DNA of 64,000 nt from Bdellovibrionota bacterium (GTDB lineage Bacteria > Bdellovibrionota_C > UBA2361 > JBGSMV01), in assembly GCA_044356455.1 (NCBI GenBank), contig JBIKWF010000007.1, forward strand, positions 15,465 through 79,464, read 5' to 3'. The notes under the pieces are model-generated. The model made no database searches and was not told the origin of the DNA. It saw nothing but the letters and a program-made list of their open reading frames with translations. Of the stretch, positions 60,177 through 64,000 are shown piece after piece (the first letter of the stretch is position 1; each line of letters opens with the position of its first letter). The position numbers and the translations under genes were made by a program.

Positions 60177-61025
60177 CTACCTCAGAGTTTTCTTGAGACC
60201 CTTGCTCGTTTCGTCTAGTTGCACTTCTCTCGTCTTTCCGTTTTGCAAGGTGATGCGCACGGTCGCGCCATCAGGAATGTCCGATCCCTGCTTGTCAAAG
60301 CGGAAGACTTCGCGTCCGCTTGCCTTGTCAGTTCCAGAGTATTTGCCACGCATGAGCACCTTCTCTCCGTTGGGGAGCAGGATCTCTACTCGTGCGCTTT
60401 CTCCCGTGAATCTCGACGGAAGAAGAATCGCGACGTTCTTGTCTTTGTCCGAGAACGGTTTGTATTGGAAGAACTTGGCGTCTGCCGAGGGCTTGGTATC
60501 GCCTGGTTTTGTATCAGTGTCAGGAGTACTGGGAGAAGAAGGGGCCGCGCCGCCTGGAGCGGAGGCCTCCGGTGCAGGGGTCGAGCCGCCAGCGCCGCCG
60601 GGGGCTGCTCCTGCCTGAGGAGATCCTGGCTGCTGAGATGGTACGGCTTCAGATCCTGGCGGTACTTGTGCTTGACCATCGGTGCCGGCAGGAGCCGTGC
60701 CCGAAAGCCCTAGCTGCGCCGCGAGAGATTGGATGAGCTGAGTGAGAACCTGAATTACTGGGGCGATTACTTGGTTAATGAGGGTGGTTACTAAACTCTC
60801 AGTTCCTTGGGATGGGGGCATGCCGGCTTCGGCATTAAGTGGCGCAAGCATCGCGCTCATATCCATTCCCATGGGGGCCGCCATGCCTTGAGTAGCGAGG
60901 GGCATGCCGTTCATCTGTGTCCCGTTCATGCCTGAGTTGGCGGGCATCGCAGAGCCTGGTCTCATTGTTTGAGCAGTAGGCTGAGGGTTCCATAGTTGGC
61001 TTTGGTTCCCGGATATTCCATTCAT
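60177..61025 (-). CDS. Hypothetical protein: Met/Gln/Pro/Gly-rich N-terminus, amphipathic helix, compact beta-rich C-domain
   Basis: AAGGAG RBS; 282 aa; C-domain FFQYKPFSDKDKNVAILLP...GREVFRFDKQG. Confidence 0.8.
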   Translation of the reverse strand: MNGISGNQSQLWNPQPTAQTMRPGSAMPANSGMNGTQMNGMPLATQGMAAPMGMDMSAMLAPLNAEAGMPPSQGTESLVTTLINQVIAPVIQVLTQLIQSLAAQLGLSGTAPAGTDGQAQVPPGSEAVPSQQPGSPQAGAAPGGAGGSTPAPEASAPGGAAPSSPSTPDTDTKPGDTKPSADAKFFQYKPFSDKDKNVAILLPSRFTGESARVEILLPNGEKVLMRGKYSGTDKASGREVFRFDKQGSDIPDGATVRITLQNGKTREVQLDETSKGLKKTLR

Positions 61026-61056
61026 AAAAACTCCTTCTATAAGATGAGGTCCTCCC

Positions 61057-61085
61057 TTATCGGAAAATTAAGAAAAAGTTTCCTG
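61057..61085 (-). promoter_or_regulatory. Sigma-28-like promoter candidate
   Basis: CAGGAAAC-TTTTTCTTAATTT-TCCGATAA; the -10 matches the GCCGATAA consensus at 7/8, the -35 is atypical. Confidence 0.45.
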
Positions 61086-61278
61086 CCGGGGGCGCCAGGA
61101 TCGTAAAAACCAGCAGAGTTTCAGACCGTCAGGTGGCCAGATTGAAGGTGCGCGATAGACAGGATTTTGAACTAAGGTCTTGTAAGTAGGATGATTCCTA
61201 AGCTGCTGAGACCTAGGCCAAGTGCTTTTATGAGGGTGAAAGCTTCTCCAAAGAAAAGTAGCCCCTGAGCAGCAAGGA

Positions 61279-62436
61279 TTAGCGGTTGAACCGAATACGT
61301 GCGCCCTCGGTGTTAAGTTGGAATTCCCGCTCTCGTGAGCGGTTTAGACTCTCTAGGCGGCCCAGCGCCTTGATAGCTTCCTCCATGTCAGCACGCAGCA
61401 TGCGAAATCGCACCGTTGCTTTCTCGACCTCTATTTCAGCGCGTTCAACTAGTGCGGCAGGTCGTCTCTCGGCAGGCAGCCCTTCAAGCTGTTCCTTAAC
61501 AATCTGTGCTACCCCAATGTCATCTCGGAAGGAGTCGAATGCTGCGCGAATAAGGAAGCGAGCAATAAGCATCTCTTGAAGCGCCTGTGAGGTTCGCAGG
61601 GGGCCGGGGCGGCTTGCGGCTTCTAAAATGTCGGCGCGTGCATCTCCCACGGTCTGATCCGGCGTAAGGAGACCAGAGGGGTCGAGGTTTTTAGAGGCTC
61701 TAAGTGCGCTTTCCACGACGGTGCGCCAGCCCGCTTCAAGTGCAGGCGGAGCGAATTCAGGCTCCTGCACGGTGACCCGAAAGGGAGATGTGTCGATTTT
61801 ATTCTGAGCGACGGCAGAGGCGGCGCTTGTGGAAAGATCGGCAAGTTGCTGGCTCAGAGACCGAAGAGAGGCGAGCTCACCAGTGAAGCGCTCTATCAAG
61901 ACTTCATTGTGGGCAAGTTCACTGAGTTTTAATGCGGCACGAGCAAACACCTGCAGTTGAAGATTATTGCTGTGCGCAGCTGCCACAAGCAGTTCGGCAT
62001 TATTCCACCAGGCCTCAAGGTTAGAGCGATAACTTGGGGAGGTTTCTTCGAGGCCCACCAGCGCATCTCGGCTTCTCAGGAGATCTCCCACAAGGTTGCT
62101 TCTTCCCGCTTTTTCGAGGAGCAGCTGGATTGATGGGCCGCCTAGAGAGGTCGTGAACGCTGATTGCTTTTCGATCAGGAGGTTTAGTTCGCTTGAGGTC
62201 GCCACGAGCTTCTCTGCGAGAGACGGTGAGGTAGGGCGTGGGGCGGTCAGGGACTGGGAAGAGAGTGAATCGTAAATCGAAGCTGGGGGAAGTACCAAAG
62301 AGGAAGAATTGCTCCTGGCTTCTGGCACCGAGCTCTTGTTCGATTCTTTTGAGGAAGAGGCGCAGCCGCTGACGGCGAGGCTACCAACTAAGGCACCAAG
62401 AGAGAGGAGGGAGTGAGAAGGAGATCGCGAATGCAT
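61279..62436 (-). CDS. Hypothetical helical/coiled-coil lipoprotein
   Basis: LAVSGC lipobox after ATG 62436; Ser-rich linker; long helical C-terminus. Confidence 0.65.
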   Translation of the reverse strand: MHSRSPSHSLLSLGALVGSLAVSGCASSSKESNKSSVPEARSNSSSLVLPPASIYDSLSSQSLTAPRPTSPSLAEKLVATSSELNLLIEKQSAFTTSLGGPSIQLLLEKAGRSNLVGDLLRSRDALVGLEETSPSYRSNLEAWWNNAELLVAAAHSNNLQLQVFARAALKLSELAHNEVLIERFTGELASLRSLSQQLADLSTSAASAVAQNKIDTSPFRVTVQEPEFAPPALEAGWRTVVESALRASKNLDPSGLLTPDQTVGDARADILEAASRPGPLRTSQALQEMLIARFLIRAAFDSFRDDIGVAQIVKEQLEGLPAERRPAALVERAEIEVEKATVRFRMLRADMEEAIKALGRLESLNRSREREFQLNTEGARIRFNR

Positions 62437-62664
62437 ATGAAACAGGTCCCCAAACATCGGGCTGGCAAATGTAGACCCATTGAGGGAAGGAGTCACGGCC
62501 AAACTGTGGGGAAGGGGGTGCCTGAAATATGGGATTTGGAGCAATTCTTGAGTAGTAATATCAGAGGCTTAGCTCTGCCCTTGGCGCGGACTTGTTAGGC
62601 ACCACTTCCGCTCAAAGTGCCCATAATCTTTAAGGAATAAGGTTTTCTCTGGGAGATCTGGAAG

Positions 62665-63882
62665 ATGAAATCACTTTTGCCTCGCGCTTTAGTAGCCGCA
62701 GCGCTGCTTGTCGCCCCCTCGCTCTCCCTGGCCCAGGCACCAAAGCCCATCCCATCGACCGCGATGTTTAAAGCGGGGGATATGAATGGGGACCTGAAGA
62801 ATGACCTCATTGTGTTGCGATCGCTACTGACCTTTCCCTCGCAAGTATACAAGCTGACGGAAATTCAGTTTGTAGATGGAAGAACGCTGGTCCCCTTCCA
62901 CTCGATTTCACCAGAGAATGCCAACCTTAGAAATCCTCGCGCGTTTCGCTTAGGCGATGTTGATGGAGACCTACGTGCCGATGTTGCGATTATTTCCGAG
63001 GCCACCAGCAAGCGTCGTGCGGATAGTGTGTTTCTCTACTCGGGTGGCACCGGAGCTCTAATTCGAAAGCTTCCGCTGGGAAAGGGCGCTATTACTGTAT
63101 TGTCCATGACCCGCGCGGGAGATGTGGATAAGGATGGTGTTTCTGATTTCGTGATGGGCACCGCGCAGGACAGGCCGGAGCTTCGCAGCGTGAGGATTTT
63201 TTCTGGAGCCACCGGGAAACAAATTGCTCGCGTTAACACGAAGGCGGTGAATCCTCTTGCTCAGACTATGGCTACTATTGCCGATAGAAATCTGGATGGA
63301 CTTCCCGATATCATAGTTGGCGGTGTCGTGACCGGAAAAGCAAAGGGTGGTGCGTTTAGCATCCTCTCGGGCAAAGATTTAAAGGTGTTATTCTCGGAAC
63401 GTTCACAGAATAAAGATTTTTTTGTGGGAGATGACGTTCACGAAGGCGTAGATGTGACCGGGGACGGGGTGCCTGAGTATGTGGTTTCTGTTTTGGTAAA
63501 GAGGGTCGCCAATCACATTATGAGGGTTTATAACGGTGCTTCTGGAAGCCTAATGTACGGCATTACTACGGGTGATATATCCGGAAGTTCCCCAACGCCT
63601 GGAGTGCGCGTTAACTCGCGGGTGATGGATTGGACCTCCGATGTGGATTTTGACTGCATTCCTGAGGCGGTTGTTCTGGGAGACGACACCGGAATACGGT
63701 TGTACTCAGGTGCAAATGGTTCGTTTATTCGAAAAATCGCCTCTGCTTCGAGCTTTGCCACTTTGAACGGGTCCTCCAAGCCGTACTCACGTTACATGGC
63801 ACTAAGTGGAGTTGACGGGCAGTCGATACTTGATGTGCGAGCACTATTCTACGATCCTCTCCGGCCTTTCTGCGGGGAGTAG
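62665..63882 (+). CDS. Secreted FG-GAP/VCBS-repeat protein
   Basis: Signal peptide; repeated GDxxGDxxxD motifs and xYSGxxG turns. Confidence 0.85.
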   Translation: MKSLLPRALVAAALLVAPSLSLAQAPKPIPSTAMFKAGDMNGDLKNDLIVLRSLLTFPSQVYKLTEIQFVDGRTLVPFHSISPENANLRNPRAFRLGDVDGDLRADVAIISEATSKRRADSVFLYSGGTGALIRKLPLGKGAITVLSMTRAGDVDKDGVSDFVMGTAQDRPELRSVRIFSGATGKQIARVNTKAVNPLAQTMATIADRNLDGLPDIIVGGVVTGKAKGGAFSILSGKDLKVLFSERSQNKDFFVGDDVHEGVDVTGDGVPEYVVSVLVKRVANHIMRVYNGASGSLMYGITTGDISGSSPTPGVRVNSRVMDWTSDVDFDCIPEAVVLGDDTGIRLYSGANGSFIRKIASASSFATLNGSSKPYSRYMALSGVDGQSILDVRALFYDPLRPFCGE

Positions 63883-64000
63883 GCCTGGTCCTTGACCACG
63901 GATGCTGGCCCTTGGTGCCACCCACTTTTTTTATCCGCACAGGAAACTTTCCTCCCGAAATTTCGATTACTCCAGCAGTCTTTTTATCTAGGCTTCTGGT

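Overview
A 64-kb, gene-dense chromosomal window from a Gram-negative bacterium. The gene content looks Deltaproteobacteria/Bdellovibrionota-like; this is an inference, not a verified taxonomic call. It holds housekeeping and envelope genes (pcnB, kdsB, pyrG, kdsA, lptC/A/B, rpoN, hpf, rapZ, metK, trmB, PMM/PGM, surA, glpK, beta-carbonic anhydrase) and two tRNAs (Glu-CTC, Gln-CTG). It also holds a motA-motB-motB cluster, a Phd/VapC toxin-antitoxin pair, two ECF sigma/zinc-finger anti-sigma pairs, two histidine kinases, a GspE/PilB-type ATPase, three glycosyltransferases and many orphan ORFs. The most striking non-coding signal is a dense family of nested palindromic elements. About ten ~135-150 bp MITE-like copies (one partial) have GGAACCTCTGAAAA-type terminal inverted repeats and mostly YTAR flanks (IS5-like), and they often overlap the upstream gene's TAG stop. 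They enclose three different inner hairpins built from 9-10-bp periodic units, and related hairpins occur five more times with no outer shell. Other oddities include a MotB lacking the essential Asp next to a canonical MotB, a membrane-anchored FtsY-like protein with degenerate GTPase motifs, and a GspE-like ATPase in a signalling operon. There is also a displaced remnant of a lolB-like gene beyond a novel tandem-repeat protein, and a sigma54-preceded split secreted-protein gene. I saw no transposase, integrase, reverse transcriptase, CRISPR array or rRNA. All product calls come from motif recognition by eye; no searches were run.
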